The notes below the pieces were generated by a model. It had not been told where the DNA came from, did no database searches, and worked only from the letters and a program-made list of their open reading frames with translations. DNA of 64,000 bases, taken from assembly GCA_965240325.2 (NCBI GenBank), contig OZ251245.1, forward strand, positions 868,001 to 932,000, written 5' to 3'. Every line of letters begins with the position of its first letter. Within the stretch, counting starts at the first letter, position 1. The position numbers and the translations under genes were made by a program. The DNA is from Rebecca billardiae RCC1528. Lineage: Eukaryota > Protista > Haptophyta. This document shows, piece after piece, positions 43,216 through 54,997 of the stretch.

Positions 43216-44348
43216 CCAAGGGCGGTAAGGGCTGTCAACTCCTGACCAGTGGCGCCGAGTGGCGGAGGTTGGTTGCCCCTCAACTCGTGCGGCCTCGCGG
43301 CGCAGCGGCTAAGTCTCCTGGGGCGCCGCCCTGGAGGGCGCGTGGGGTGCGCACGCCGCGTGCTCCTGCGCCCGCGGCAGCGGCCGCGGACACGGCGCGC
43401 GTGGTTGGTCGCATGCTAGACAGCACGCAGTACCCTCCCACGCCGCGCGCCGCGCTCGCCGGCGCCCTCGCCGCGCCTCAGGCCAGCCGCGCACGCGCCG
43501 CACCAAGGGCCAGCCGTGGCCACGCGCCAGCCGGCGGCGCGCGCGCGGTGCGCGGTGCGGTCGGCGCGGGTCGGGCGCGCGCCCGGGGCGAGGCTCGCGT
43601 ATGGTGGGCGCGCGCCATGCCGCCTCGCGCCGCCGCGCTGACGCCCGCATGGGTCGGCGCGCACGCGTTTTCATGCTGTCGAGTGTGCATTGCCATGCTT
43701 GAAAATGCTCATGTTGAGACGATCATGGGAAGGCAGCGACGCGTGATAGACAAGCGCAGACCACTGATATGTGCACGGCTAGCCTCCTACTATGGCACGC
43801 GAGTCCCCAAGTGCCCGCGTTCGTCGCACTGATGCGCTCACAGCCGCTTGTCCAAGCTCATTTCTGATGGCCGAGGAATGCTCGACGAGCACCCTTCAGC
43901 AGCCGCGTGGAACGTGATCAAGCTCGTGTGCGGCGGCGCGAGGCGGCATGGCGCGCGCCCACCATACGCGAGCTTCGCCCCGGGCGCGCGCCCGACCCGC
44001 GCCGACCGCACCGCGCACCGCGCGCGCGCCGCCGGCTGGCGCGTGGCCACGGCTGGCCCTTGGTGCGGCGCCCGTGCGCGGCTGGCCTGAGGCGCGGCGA
44101 GGGCGCCGGCGAGCGCGGCGCGCGGCGTGGGAGGGTACTGCGTGCTGTCTAGCATGCGACCAACCACGCGCGCCGTGTCCGCGGCCGCTGCCGCGGGCGC
44201 AGGAGCACGCGGCGTGCGCACCCCACGCGCCCTCCAGGGCGGCGCCCCAGGAGACTGAGCCGCTGCGCCGCGAGGCCGCACGAGTTGAGGGGCAACCAAC
44301 CTCCGCCACTCGGCGCCACTGGGAGTTGACAGCCCTTACCGCCCTTGG
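43216..44348. repeat. Long inverted repeat (foldback); arms 43216-43636 and 43930-44348, spacer about 290 bp
   Basis: Arms of about 420 bp are near-perfect reverse complements (CCAAGGGCGGTAAGGGCTGTCAACTCC... / ...GGAGTTGACAGCCCTTACCGCCCTTGG). Confidence 0.93.
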
Positions 44349-44357
44349 TCCCCCATA

Positions 44358-46281
44358 CAGGTCGCTGCTTCAACTTTCGGACCCGATTGCTGTTCACTTT
44401 TTGTGCACGATGGCGGCGGCGCCCCCGGGGGTCTGCGGCGCTCGAGATCGCGTCTGGCGGCACCCCCAGGGTGTGCCTGAGGTACAACCCAGCGGGTATG
44501 TACCATTTAGACGACTTTGTTCCACTACCATGTGCCCCACGGACGCCACGAGGTCCACGACGGGGCCGCCGACGGCATGCTTCAACTTTCAGACCCGCGG
44601 GCTCTCAGCGCGCGCGCCGAGTCAGAGCCGCTGTCTGGTGAGCCGTGAGAGTCGGGCTAACGGCATCATGCACTCTAGATACCACATACATGCAGCAGAC
44701 CACCTCAGGGATTCACTAGGCTTCCGCGCCACCGCCAGCCGGCGCTGCGGCTGCGCGGCCAGCACGGTCGACGACGACAGCTCATACTGACGCGGCGGTG
44801 CCCGGCGCGGCCGGCGCCGGCGCCGATTGCTTGTGAGCTTCCGAGCACTCGGCCTTCTTGCACAGCCACCCTCGGAGATCGATCTTCTGGCACGTCGGGC
44901 AGCGTCTCGCCTTCGCCATCGGGCAGGGCGACACGCCGCACGAGCAGGTCTGGTGACAGCGGTCGAAGCTCGCCTCGAGCTCAGCAGCAGCTGCCTCCGC
45001 CTCCGCCTTCTTCCGCGCACGCTCGGATGCGGCCGCCGCCTTGCGCGCCGCCTCGGCCTCCTTCTGCGCGGTCTGCGCGGCCTTCTGCGTGCTGATCTCA
45101 CGCAACGACCACGAGCCGTTTTGGCTGTCGAGCCGCGTGTTGTCCGGCTTCGGCGCGGCGAGCTCCACGGCGGGCACTGGAAGGACACCGAGCTGGTCTG
45201 CGAGCTCACCCGGGTCGAACCTCACCGCCTTGCGCACCGCGGCGAGCTCGGCGTCGTGCTCATCACGCTCGCGCACGAGCTTGGCGGCCTGGCGGCCGGA
45301 GTACTCCTTGGCGAGCTCGAGCTTGGCGCGGAGGGCTGGAGCAGTGTTCGAGCGCATCCCCGCAGGCGTGGCTGTGAACGCACTAAACGTAGGTGATGCG
45401 TGCGCGCCAGAGGGCTCGCCGTCGTCGGCCGAGCGCGCAGCCCCGCGCTCCGGAGTGCTTGGCGCCGCTGCCGGCGCCGCCGCCGCGAGCGACGCGGCAT
45501 CGGCCTCCTCCTCTTGCCGCCTGCGCTCCGCCTTCGCCTGTGCGGCATCGAGACGATCCACGAAGTCCTTCCTGTTGATCTGGTCCGGGTCCAACACGTT
45601 GCCCGTGATGCCCACCTTGCGCCACGCGTTGATGATGTCAAAGGTGTCACACCACGAGAACCACGCACCCGGCGTGGACAGCTCCTCACAGCCGCCGAGG
45701 ATCTGGAGGAACTCGCGGAGGCCGATCGTGGGCTCCTTGCCGTAGCTCGCCGTGTACGCGTGCTTGAAAGACGCCAGGCCCTTCTGGTATTGCGAGTGGA
45801 ACTTGTGGTTGTACTGATCGAGAGCCTTCACGGTGCGTGCGGCCGCGCGAGGGCGGAGAGGTGATTGTGCGCGCGTCGCGCGCGCGCGCCGGGCCGATTG
45901 CACGCCAGGTACACCCGGGGCACGCGCGCGCGCCGGAGAGGCGCTGCAGCCGTCCGCGCGCACGGGCGCCTACCTGTAGGAAGTGCGACGTGTTCGGCTC
46001 CTCGGTGAAGATGCGGATGCCGAACTCGGACTCAGCAGTGCCGAGGGCTGCGAGCACGTCCTCCGTGTACCGCGACGAGTGGTTGTCGAGCAACAGCACG
46101 ATCGGGAAGGCGATGGGCTCCAGCCCCGCAGCCACCAGAGCTGCGTTGAGGTCACCAGACGCGCCGACAGGCCGCCTAGCCCTGCCGCGCGGCGCCCGCC
46201 ACACAGCAGCCGCTGCGCGAGGTGCGTCGCCATCGCCGGGTCTGAAAGACGAAGCAGTCCGAAAAACGAAGCAGCGACCTG
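44358..46281 (-). mobile_element. Internally deleted pogo/Fot1-like (Tc1/mariner superfamily) transposon
   Basis: 25-bp TIRs CAGGTCGCTGCTTC...TTTCGGAC. TA TSDs at 44356-57 and 46282-83. Subterminal repeat of the TIR core at about 44580. Confidence 0.9.
44782..46150 (-). pseudogene. 5'-truncated DDE_1 (pogo-type) transposase with intron 45826-45973
   Basis: VLLLDNHSSRY...FTEEPNTSHFLQ|ALDQYNHKF, IINAWRKVGI, and a C-terminal Cys cluster (CSCGVSPC...CPTC...LCKKAEC). The N-terminal HTH and first catalytic Asp are missing. Confidence 0.8.
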
Positions 46282-46294
46282 TAGTGACTTAGTA

Positions 46295-46500
46295 CAGTTT
46301 ATTTGTTTTAACGTGCGTAAGGCTCACGGTGGCAGGTTGGCCATCCTTCATCGCACGCTCTCCGAAGAGAGACCTGGAAACTGGGGGTTTGAACCCATGA
46401 CCTCAGACGCAAGAGCACTACGATCTCGCCTGCCTGAGCTGTGCCTGTGTGCGTCTCTTATTCTGAGTAAACTGAGTTTACTCAGAATAAGACTAAACTG
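46295..46500 (-). repeat. Short element with tRNA-like A/B boxes and CAGTTTA termini; family also at 2785-2826, 22385-22430 and 39100-39171
   Basis: Minus strand reads CAGTTTACTCAGAATAAGAGACGCACA...CAGCTCAGGCAGGCGAGA...GGTCATGGGTTCAAACCCC. TA on both flanks. Confidence 0.6.
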
Positions 46501-46833
46501 TATAGTTTGTTCACTGGTGCTGCCAGGCAGCGTCGGGCGGACACGCGGCGACACGCGGCACGCCGCAACGGCGGCCCGCCAACGGCGGCACGGGCTCGGA
46601 CTGGCAGACGACCGACCGGTCGCGTAAAGTCGAAAGACAACGTCCTCCGACGTCCTGGACCTGAGCCGGAGGCACCGGGCGGATCGTCGGCCAGCAGACC
46701 GGCCAGGGGCGAGGAGCGGAGAGGCGAAACAGATCAGGCGAGCGGCCGAGAAGCGGCCAGCGGCGACTGCAAGGTGCAGGTGGGCACACAGTAGATGTGA
46801 CGTAGATAGACTGGGCCTTGGCCCAGACGTCGT

Positions 46834-49800
46834 TCAGACGTGCATGGGCTCGGGAGGCCGGGCGTCCGAGCTCGTCCCGGCAGCAGCACGCACGAGGCGG
46901 CGAGCGGCGAGGATCACCACTGCCGCCGCGAGGGCGACGAGGGCACTGAGCGTGACGAGGACGGCTGCCGCCCGGTGCGCGCGCTCGGCGGCGGTCTTGG
47001 AGGAGGCGAGCTGGCGCCGGCGCTCGTCGTCGCAGCCGCCTTGGTGACCGATGTCGACGTCAAAGGCGTCGCACATGTAGCCGCCCGTCGAGCGCACGAT
47101 GCGCTTGCGCAGAACCTCGCGGCATTGGGGACTCACAAACCAGCGGAACCACGGGCCGCGCTTGCAGTACGTGGGCGAGGTGAAGTCCACGATGATGTCG
47201 AGCCCAGGGTCGTACCGCAGCACGTCCTGCTTCGAGTACTTGTAGATCTTGTCCACCTCGCCGTCGCGGGTGTCGATGTAGTTGTACTCGCGCCCGCCCT
47301 TGATGATGTCGTACCCAGCGCCGCCGATCAGCCTGTTCGAGCCAGCACCGCCGTAGATCTTCTCGTCGCCGGCGCCTCCGATGATGTAGTCGTCTCCGTC
47401 GCCGCCGTACAGCCGGCCGTCCGCCTTGCCACCTTCGATCCGGTCGTTGCCGGCGCCGCCGTCCAGGTCGTTGTACACCGCGCCGGCGAATTTGCCGAAC
47501 CCGTTGTTGCCGCCGATCAGGCGGTCGTCGCCGTCCCCGCCGACCAGCGTGTTCTTGACGTCGCCGCCGTAGGCACCAGCCGTGGCATTGCCGCCGTCAC
47601 CGCCGATCAGCAGATCGTCGCCAGCGCCGCCACCCAGGTAGTTGTCCACGGCGCCGCCGTACGAGTACGCAGAACCGTCGGCGTTGCCGCCGCTGCCGCC
47701 GATGAGCACGTCTGCACCTTCCATGCCGTAGAGGAGGTTGGACACGTCGCCGCCTTCGACATACTTGCCACTGGCACGGCCCCCGCTGCCTCCAGTCAGC
47801 ACGTCGTCGCCTCCGTATCCGCTGAAGGTGTGCGTGGCGCGACCACCGTACGCGTAAGTACCCGATGCGGCACCGCCCGCGCCGCCCGTGGCCGTGTCGC
47901 GGTCGGCGCCGCCGTAGAAGTAGGTCTCAGTCTCTCCGCCGTAGGCGCCGTGGGCGCCGGTCCCCTTCGCACTGGAGGAACGCGCGTCGCCGCCACCGCC
48001 GAAGGTCGCCTCATTCACGCCCTCGTACAGGTACGCGACCTGGTAGGCGCTGCCGCCGTAGGCGTAGCTATCAGTACTCGTCGCGTCACCACCGCCGCCA
48101 AAGTGAGCGACGTCGTCACCGGCGCCATACGAGGTGAACCAGACCTCGGCCCAGCCGCCGTACCCCGCGTCTTTCGCGGCGCCACCGCCACCGGCGATGA
48201 AGGTGTTGCTGCCGCCCTGCGAGTAGGCCTCCACCTCGAGATACCCACCGGTGCCGTCGCCGCCGAGGCCAGCGCCGCCACCGCCGACGGTGATGTGGTC
48301 GTCGCCCGTGCCGCCGTCCAGGTTGTAGATGAACATGTTGCCGCCAACGCCCTCATTCGTGCCGTTGCCCGCGCCGCCGAACTCGATGACGTCATTGCCA
48401 GCCTCGCCGTGCGCGTAGTACACGTAGGCGGTACCGCCGTACGCGTGATCGCCGTCCGCAGAGCCGGCGTGCACGTCGCCGAAGAGGAGCTTGTCGTCGC
48501 CGTCGCCGCCGTACGCGGTGATGTACGAACCGCCGCCATACGCTGCGTACCCCTCGGCGTCACCCGCGCCCTTCGTGCCGATGAGCACGTCGTTCCCGTC
48601 GTCGCCGTACAGGTAGGCCGCAAGATAGCCGCCGTATGCCTCGGTGCCGACGGCGTCGCCTGCGCCACCGACGGTGATGGTGTCCTCGCCGTCGCCGCCG
48701 TACGCGTAGACGTAGCGGTTCAGCCCGTACACATAGTCGCCGCGCCCGTCGCCAGCATCGCCGACGGTGATCGTGTCGTGGCCGCCCTCGCCATACAGAT
48801 GGTCAACCGTGGCCTCCTGGTCGAAGTAGGCATAGTAGCCGGTGGCGTCGCCACCATGACGCCCGTCTGCGCGCGCGCGCGCACGGAGGGGGGCCGGGCG
48901 AGGGGCGGATGAACTGGGGGGAGGGGCGAGCGAAAGCGCGCTGGCGATTGGGCGCCGCACAGGAACGTGCGGGGCTGTGCCACGCGACGCGCACCGTCGG
49001 TGATGATGTCGTCGCCGTCGCCGGCGTAGACATTGTTCGCCACGTACGTGCCCCAGACGGGCTCCTCCGTGTCCACATCCGTGCTCGTGCCGTGCGAGTT
49101 CCCAGCGATTCCGAGGTGAATGACGTCGTTGCCCGATCCACCCCACATGTAGTTGTAGACGAAGGCGCCGTACGCATACGAGCCAGTCGCGGCGCCCGAA
49201 TCGCCGCCTGCGCGCGAAAGAGGGCGGGCGGGCGGGGGAGACGCACGCTTAACACAGCACGTCGCAGGCTCACGGCGGGCGCGGCGCGGGCGCGCGCGGC
49301 GCGGCGCGGGCGCGCGCGGCGCGGCGCGCACCGACGATGACATCGTCGCCGTCGTCGCCGTACAGGTAGTTGTTCAACTCGCCACCGTACGCGTACGCCT
49401 TACTCGCCAGCCCGACCTCAGGGCCCGAGCCGCCCTTGATGACGTCGTTGCCGGCACCGCCGTGCAGGTAGTTTGTCGCGTCGCCGCCGACACCGCCGTC
49501 ACCTGTGGCGTGACCGGTGTTGCCGCCGATGAGCGTGTCCGCTCCGTCGCCGCCATAGAAGGTGTTGTACGCGTCGGCGCCATTCTTATGCGGGGCGTTA
49601 GACGAGTCGATCGAGCTGTTGCCGCCGTCTGAGCCGGTGAGCACGTCGTCGCCCGCGCCGCCGTAGACGTAGTTCTTCACATAGCCCGCTGGAATGATCT
49701 GCAGGGAGAGGCTGCCGCTGGCGGCGCCGACGGTGCCGCCGACGAAGACATCGTTGCCCGCCCCGAGCGATGCGTGATTGTTGGCGTCGGCTTGCGCGAA

Positions 49801-50566
49801 GGTCGGGTCGACGGCAGCGGCCGTCCCGCCGCCGAACACGGTGTCGTCGCCGCTGCCGCCGTAGAAGTAGTTGTCCACGTGCGCGTTCTCGGCGGCGTCC
49901 CCACCAATGAGCGTGTCTGCGCCCTCGCCACCGTCGAGCACGTTCAGTACCGGACCGCCCTTGACGCGCTTGTCGGCTTGGTCGGTGCCGCCTGCGTTCC
50001 CGCCCCGAATGGTGTCATCGCCCGCTTCGCCTGCGCACGCGATGGTGCGCGCGGGATGGCGCGCACGAGGCGCGGGCGGCGCACCGAGCGTCAGGCGTAC
50101 GCGGCGCGCGCTCGGCGCTCGGGTGGGGCTCGGGTGGAGGCCGGCGCGCGCGCGCGCGCGCACCGTAGAGGTAGTTGCCGGCACGCCCACCGTATGCGTC
50201 GAAGCTCGTGGAGTTGCCACCGTCGCCACCCACAAGCAAGTCTTGGCCATCGCCGCCCGTGATGTTGTTGATGACCGTTTGGCCGTACGCGCTATCGTAG
50301 GCGGAGCCACCGGCGTTGCCACCGTACAGCGCGTCGTCGCCCTCGAGACCGCTGATGCTGTTGAACACGTTGGTCGGCGAGGTGCTCGCGGGCGTCGCTG
50401 CAGGACCGTCCTCGCCGGTGAGCGTGTCCGCGCCGCTCGTGCCGGTGATCGAGGCGAGCGCACGCCCGACGGAGCGGGCAGGCAAGTGGCCCGGACCCGC
50501 GTCAGACGCGCTGAGCAACGCGAGGGCGACGAAAGTGCCGAGTGCCACCGCCACGAGGACGCGCAT
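46834..50566 (-). CDS. RTX/haemolysin-type Ca-binding repeat surface protein, about 1115 aa; join(50164..50566,49332..50030,48995..49207,46834..48866)
   Basis: Signal peptide MRVLVAVALGTFVALALL and many GGxGxDxLxGG nonapeptides. Three phase-1 GT-AG introns give an open 3348-nt frame. C-terminal Cys segment plus TM helix. Confidence 0.88.
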
Positions 50567-52031
50567 CGCAGACCGACACGAGGTGACGAGCCAAGGGCGC
50601 TCGAGCCAGAAGGTGGGTGACCACCGAGTTGGGGCAACCACCTCGGCCTTGCAGCGATGGGTACCGCGGCGGTGGGCGGAGGGGCTTCCCAAGGGAGTGA
50701 GTCCTCTCAGGGAAATCGACAAATCGTGCTCGGCATTCGGATCCGGAGTCGCGACTCCGCCGCTGGCGACTGAGCGCTGATAAACATCAACCGCTCCTCA
50801 GCGGAGCCGCGACTTCAGCCCGAGCACGATTTTCCCGAAGGGGTCTCCTGGTCGTCGGATACTACGAGGCGCGCGCCCCTTGCCACGCCAAGCGTCAAAG
50901 CTAACCGTTTCTCCTACACAACCCCAAACCGTTAGTAATTGACTTCAGACTTCACATATACATCAATAGGAGGCGACGAAAGTGATCCGTTAATTAACAC
51001 TTATTTCCTGCGTTGTCCGGTCCGTGCTCCGGGAGTCTGGGACAAACAAATTCGGTTTCAACGTACCAATAATGTGGCGGTACTGATGTAGCGTGTAAGA
51101 CGCACGGTATGGGGGTATTCAAATCTGCCTTTAGAATGAGCAGCCCGCGCCGGCCTCAGCCAGCCGTAAGTGAGTGCCCGCCTGGCGCGCGAGGGCGCGC
51201 GACGCGATCAACTCGTGGCAGGAGTCTGCGGCTGAGCGAGGAACATGTACCTGCGCGCAAGCCGCGCCGCCTTGAAACACCTGTCGTGCGCATGACATTG
51301 CGCGCAACTCACGTTTCTTCTTGCCCTTGCGAATGGACTGAGACCTTCCGAGACAGGCCCGTACGCCGACTCGGCAGACCGCAGAGCAACGACGCAGGCA
51401 TGACATGACAACGGCCATGCGCGCAGACGTTGCATACAGATGTGCATACGTCCGCCCGCCTACGATCAACCCGAAGACTCCCATTCATCGCTTCAGGGCG
51501 CTCACGGTCGGTTGGTTCACATCTCCACCGCATGCATGACTCGCGCAGGCTGCATGATCCGCACTCGTTATACTATCTGAACAGCCTGACTACTATAAGC
51601 TATTAGCTACTACTACTAAAGCTGCATCATCAACCGGCGCACGATCGATTGCTCGGCGCACAGTGCCAGCACGCGCGCTTGGTCCAATGGGTCCAGCTGT
51701 GCAGGCGCAAGCGAAAGCGGTGATGGATTGCTCGGCGCACCGAGTGTCTGCACGCGCGCTTGGCCTTTCAGGTCCGACGCCGAATGCCGGTCCAGCTGTG
51801 CTCAGTGCTGTGTGCAGGCGGCAAGCGAAAGCGCCGGCAGGAGCGGGTCGGCGGGTCGGCGGGGCGAACGGCTCCGGCCGCGCGGGCCGTCATCGGCCGC
51901 GGCCGACGTCAGCGCGCCGCGGCCGGGCAACAATTACACATGAACAATGATGGCAACATCGTCATCACCGGCCGGGCAACGGACAGATTAGGCGACCCGG
52001 CGCGACGATCGACTGTCGTATGAACATTACA

Positions 52032-52163
<132 letters not shown>

Positions 52164-52257
52164 CATTTGACGGCCGGCACCGGCTGACGCGGACCGTGTC
52201 ACTGTAGTTACTCACTGTGATCAATCCGGGATTCGCGTGTAGTATAGTAGCAGTAGA

Positions 52258-52671
52258 GGGGTCAGAGCCCCACTGTGGGGTGTGTGGCCCAAAATCCAAC
52301 TTTCTGCCGTCTTGAGATGAAACTTCGGGATGTCAATATTCGCCTGAAATGACCTGGGGTCACGCTGATAAGTTTTCGAAAAAATGTCACATACTGGAGA
52401 TATACGACCTCAATCTCGACGCGATCTCGGCAACATTAGTAGGGGAGATATACGATCTCCAAGGTGATCTCGCTATTTGCACCAGAATCGCACCGGCTAG
52501 ATCACATTTTGGCAGTCTGAAATTGGCACAGGCGGATCACCGTACACCCTGGAATTAGGCCTAAACGAACTTAAAAGGACTCAAACAGTTATAAATAGAG
52601 GAGATATTTCATATTTCGAGATTTCGGGAGATTTTGTCACTCGGGAGTGTAACGGTCGGAGCTCTGACCCC
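52258..52671. mobile_element. MITE-like element with 11-bp TIR GGGGTCAGAGC
   Basis: GGGGTCAGAGC...GCTCTGACCCC with an AT-richer interior. TATAGTAGCAGTAG lies on both flanks. Confidence 0.6.
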
Positions 52672-52714
52672 ACTATAGTAGCAGTAGTATGCGTATCTCT
52701 AGTAGTATATATAT

Positions 52715-54686
52715 GATTAAACTTTTCTGAGGATAGCGCACCAGCAATTTCCCTTGACCGCCATCCGGGCCGAAGTGGCGCAAAATGGCGGTTGCCCCGT
52801 TTGGGCGCCCTTCCGCGCCTTCGAGCGGCTCGTGCGCGTCGGAAAGTGCGCCGAAGCGTATCCGGAGCATGCTCCATCGACGCGTCGCACTGCCGGGCCC
52901 TCGCATGCGAGCCCATGCGGACGTCTGAGTGCGCCTCGCTGCGCACGGTACAGCTTGACGGTACACGGCACGATTGGGCCCGCGAGCAGCCTCGTGCGCG
53001 CGACCGAGCCAGAGGTGGTCGTCAAGAGTAGCACGAGCGGCGGCACACGAGCGGGGCTGGTCGTTGCCGAATATCTGACGCACCAATCGACCTCGCCCAG
53101 CGCTATCTGCTCGTTTGTGCACGTGTTGGAAAGGATGAGCAGCTGCGTGCAAACGCCGAGCGCGCAGATGAGGCGTGGGCGAGCGAAGGGGCGGCGAGGG
53201 CCGGCGCGTGCGCGCGCGTAAATTCGAGCCTCCCCATACGCATCGAAACACACCGCGCTCGCTCGTCGAGCTGCGCACGGGTATCGGTGCGCGCGCGCCA
53301 ACGCGGCGCGCCGTGAACGCGCCCGGCGAATGCACACCTGCTCGCGCGCGCACGCGCACGTGATGGACCGAGGAGGTCGCGCGAGCATGCGCGATGTGTC
53401 TGGATTGAGCGTGTAGGAGGTGTAGGCTGCGCTCCGCACGCGCTCCGCCACCGTGCACCGCGCTGCTCCTCGTCCACGCGATCGCCGCCGAGCCCAGATT
53501 CAAACGCGCGCGAGCCCGCGAGCGCGCCTCCGAGCAGCGCTTGCAGCAATCGTGTCGAAGGCTTGGCGAGAGGCAGATGTGCATGGCAAGTAGCGCAATG
53601 GGGGTGCCCATCACGCACACACACCCGCGCACGCTCGCCGCACCACCTCGTCGTGCCCACGTTCAGCGCGCGGGGCGCACTTTGCGCCTCGAGCAGCTGC
53701 CGAGCGGCTCCCGCGCGCGGCGCGCGCAGCGAGTAGAACTCAGCCAATGGTCCGAGGGCGAGCCGGCCGAGCGTCGTGCGTGACGCACATGGACCTGGTG
53801 CAACGCCGCGTACCACTCGCAGCCACCATCGCGCCCGTACCAGCGAGCTGTGGCCGCCGCCGACACCCCAAAGCAGCCCAGCCGTCAGCGCGCGACAGCC
53901 GACGAGCGCGCGACGCGCGCGTGCACCACCGTGATGAGCACGGATGAGCGCGCGCGCCCGTGTCGTAGCTCAGGTGGGGTCCCCCGATCGCACGCACCAC
54001 CGCGCTGCCACGCCTTCGACCATCTTGTGTCACCACGCGGGCACACGCCGGGCAGGCGGCGGGGGCAGCCCGCTCGGCAAACGGTCAGCGCGCAGCGAGG
54101 ATGGAGTCCGGCGAGGGGCGACCGGAGTGTCCGGCGCGACGGAGGTGGTCCATGCCGTGGTCGCCGACGCGTTCCTCACCACCTCCGAGGCCGTGGTGGC
54201 CGCCCGGGAGAAGGAATGCTCCCAGTCGCACCCTTTGCAGTGCTCCTTTGCGCGTGCACGCAACGGCGAGGAGCGGAAGCGTTAGAGGGCACTTTCTGTG
54301 CAGTTCAGGCGTTCTTTCCCCAAAATGTAGAATGCGCGGAGAAGTGCCCTCTAACGATTTTCGTGTGCAGCCGTGCCGCGCGCGCGAGGAAGGCCACATG
54401 CGGCTCCTTGCACATCTGCTGCAGATCGGCTTGTGCTCGGCGAGCGCGGCGAGGAGGAAGGTGCGCGCTCGCGAGCTGGCGCACCTGGGAGTCCTCGCGG
54501 CCTCCGAGCAGAAAGAGCGCGTCGAGCGCAACGCCGCAGGTCGCACGGTCGCGATCTCGCGAGAGCGGTGGTGCGAGGGCGGGCCTCGCCATCGCGCGTT
54601 TCTGCGTCCAAACGCGGCCTCCGTAAAATCCGGATGGCGGTCAAGGGATTTTGCTGGTGCGCTATCCGCCTCAGAAAAGTTTAATC
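52715..54686. mobile_element. Non-autonomous TIR element family X, copy 1
   Basis: About 55-bp TIR GATTAAACTTTTCTGAGGATAGCGCACCAGCAA...CCCTTGACCGCCATCCGG with ATAT on both flanks. Interior homologous to 57200-61002. Confidence 0.85.
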
Positions 54687-54697
54687 ATATAGTATAT

Positions 54698-54991
54698 CGC
54701 CCGCGCGCGCATGGCGCACGTGCGCCCGGGGGCACGCGCCCGCGGGGGCGCTGCATACGACGACTACTTCGAGACGACGGCTGACGACGCGTGGCACCGC
54801 GACCACCGCGGTGGCGCGTGCGCGTCGACGCCAGACGGTGCGTCGAGCTTCCGCTCGGCGATGGAGTGATGGGCGACTATGAGGGGGGGGACGACGGCGA
54901 GGAGCGCTGATCCTGGTGTTTGTCTCTGCTGCTCGATCTGCTGCTACAGCTTGCTGACTCTGACGCCTGCCCGTTGCATACCACGTCGTTA
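54698..54991 (-). repeat. Family Y repeat (TTAACGACGTGGTATGCAACGG... end)
   Basis: Reverse complement of 61055-61352. Shorter copies at 57104-57193 and about 20965-21000. Confidence 0.85.
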
Positions 54992-54997
54992 GTATAA

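Noticed and set aside
46375-46445. Functional tRNA gene
   Set aside because: A/B-like boxes are present but no convincing acceptor or anticodon stems; treated as a tRNA-like repeat.
46834-50566. Bacterial contamination
   Set aside because: The gene has three host-style spliceosomal introns and is embedded among eukaryotic TEs.
52258-52671. Tn3-like GGGGTC terminus
   Set aside because: Only 6 nt match, there is no 38-bp IR or 5-bp TSD, and the context is eukaryotic.
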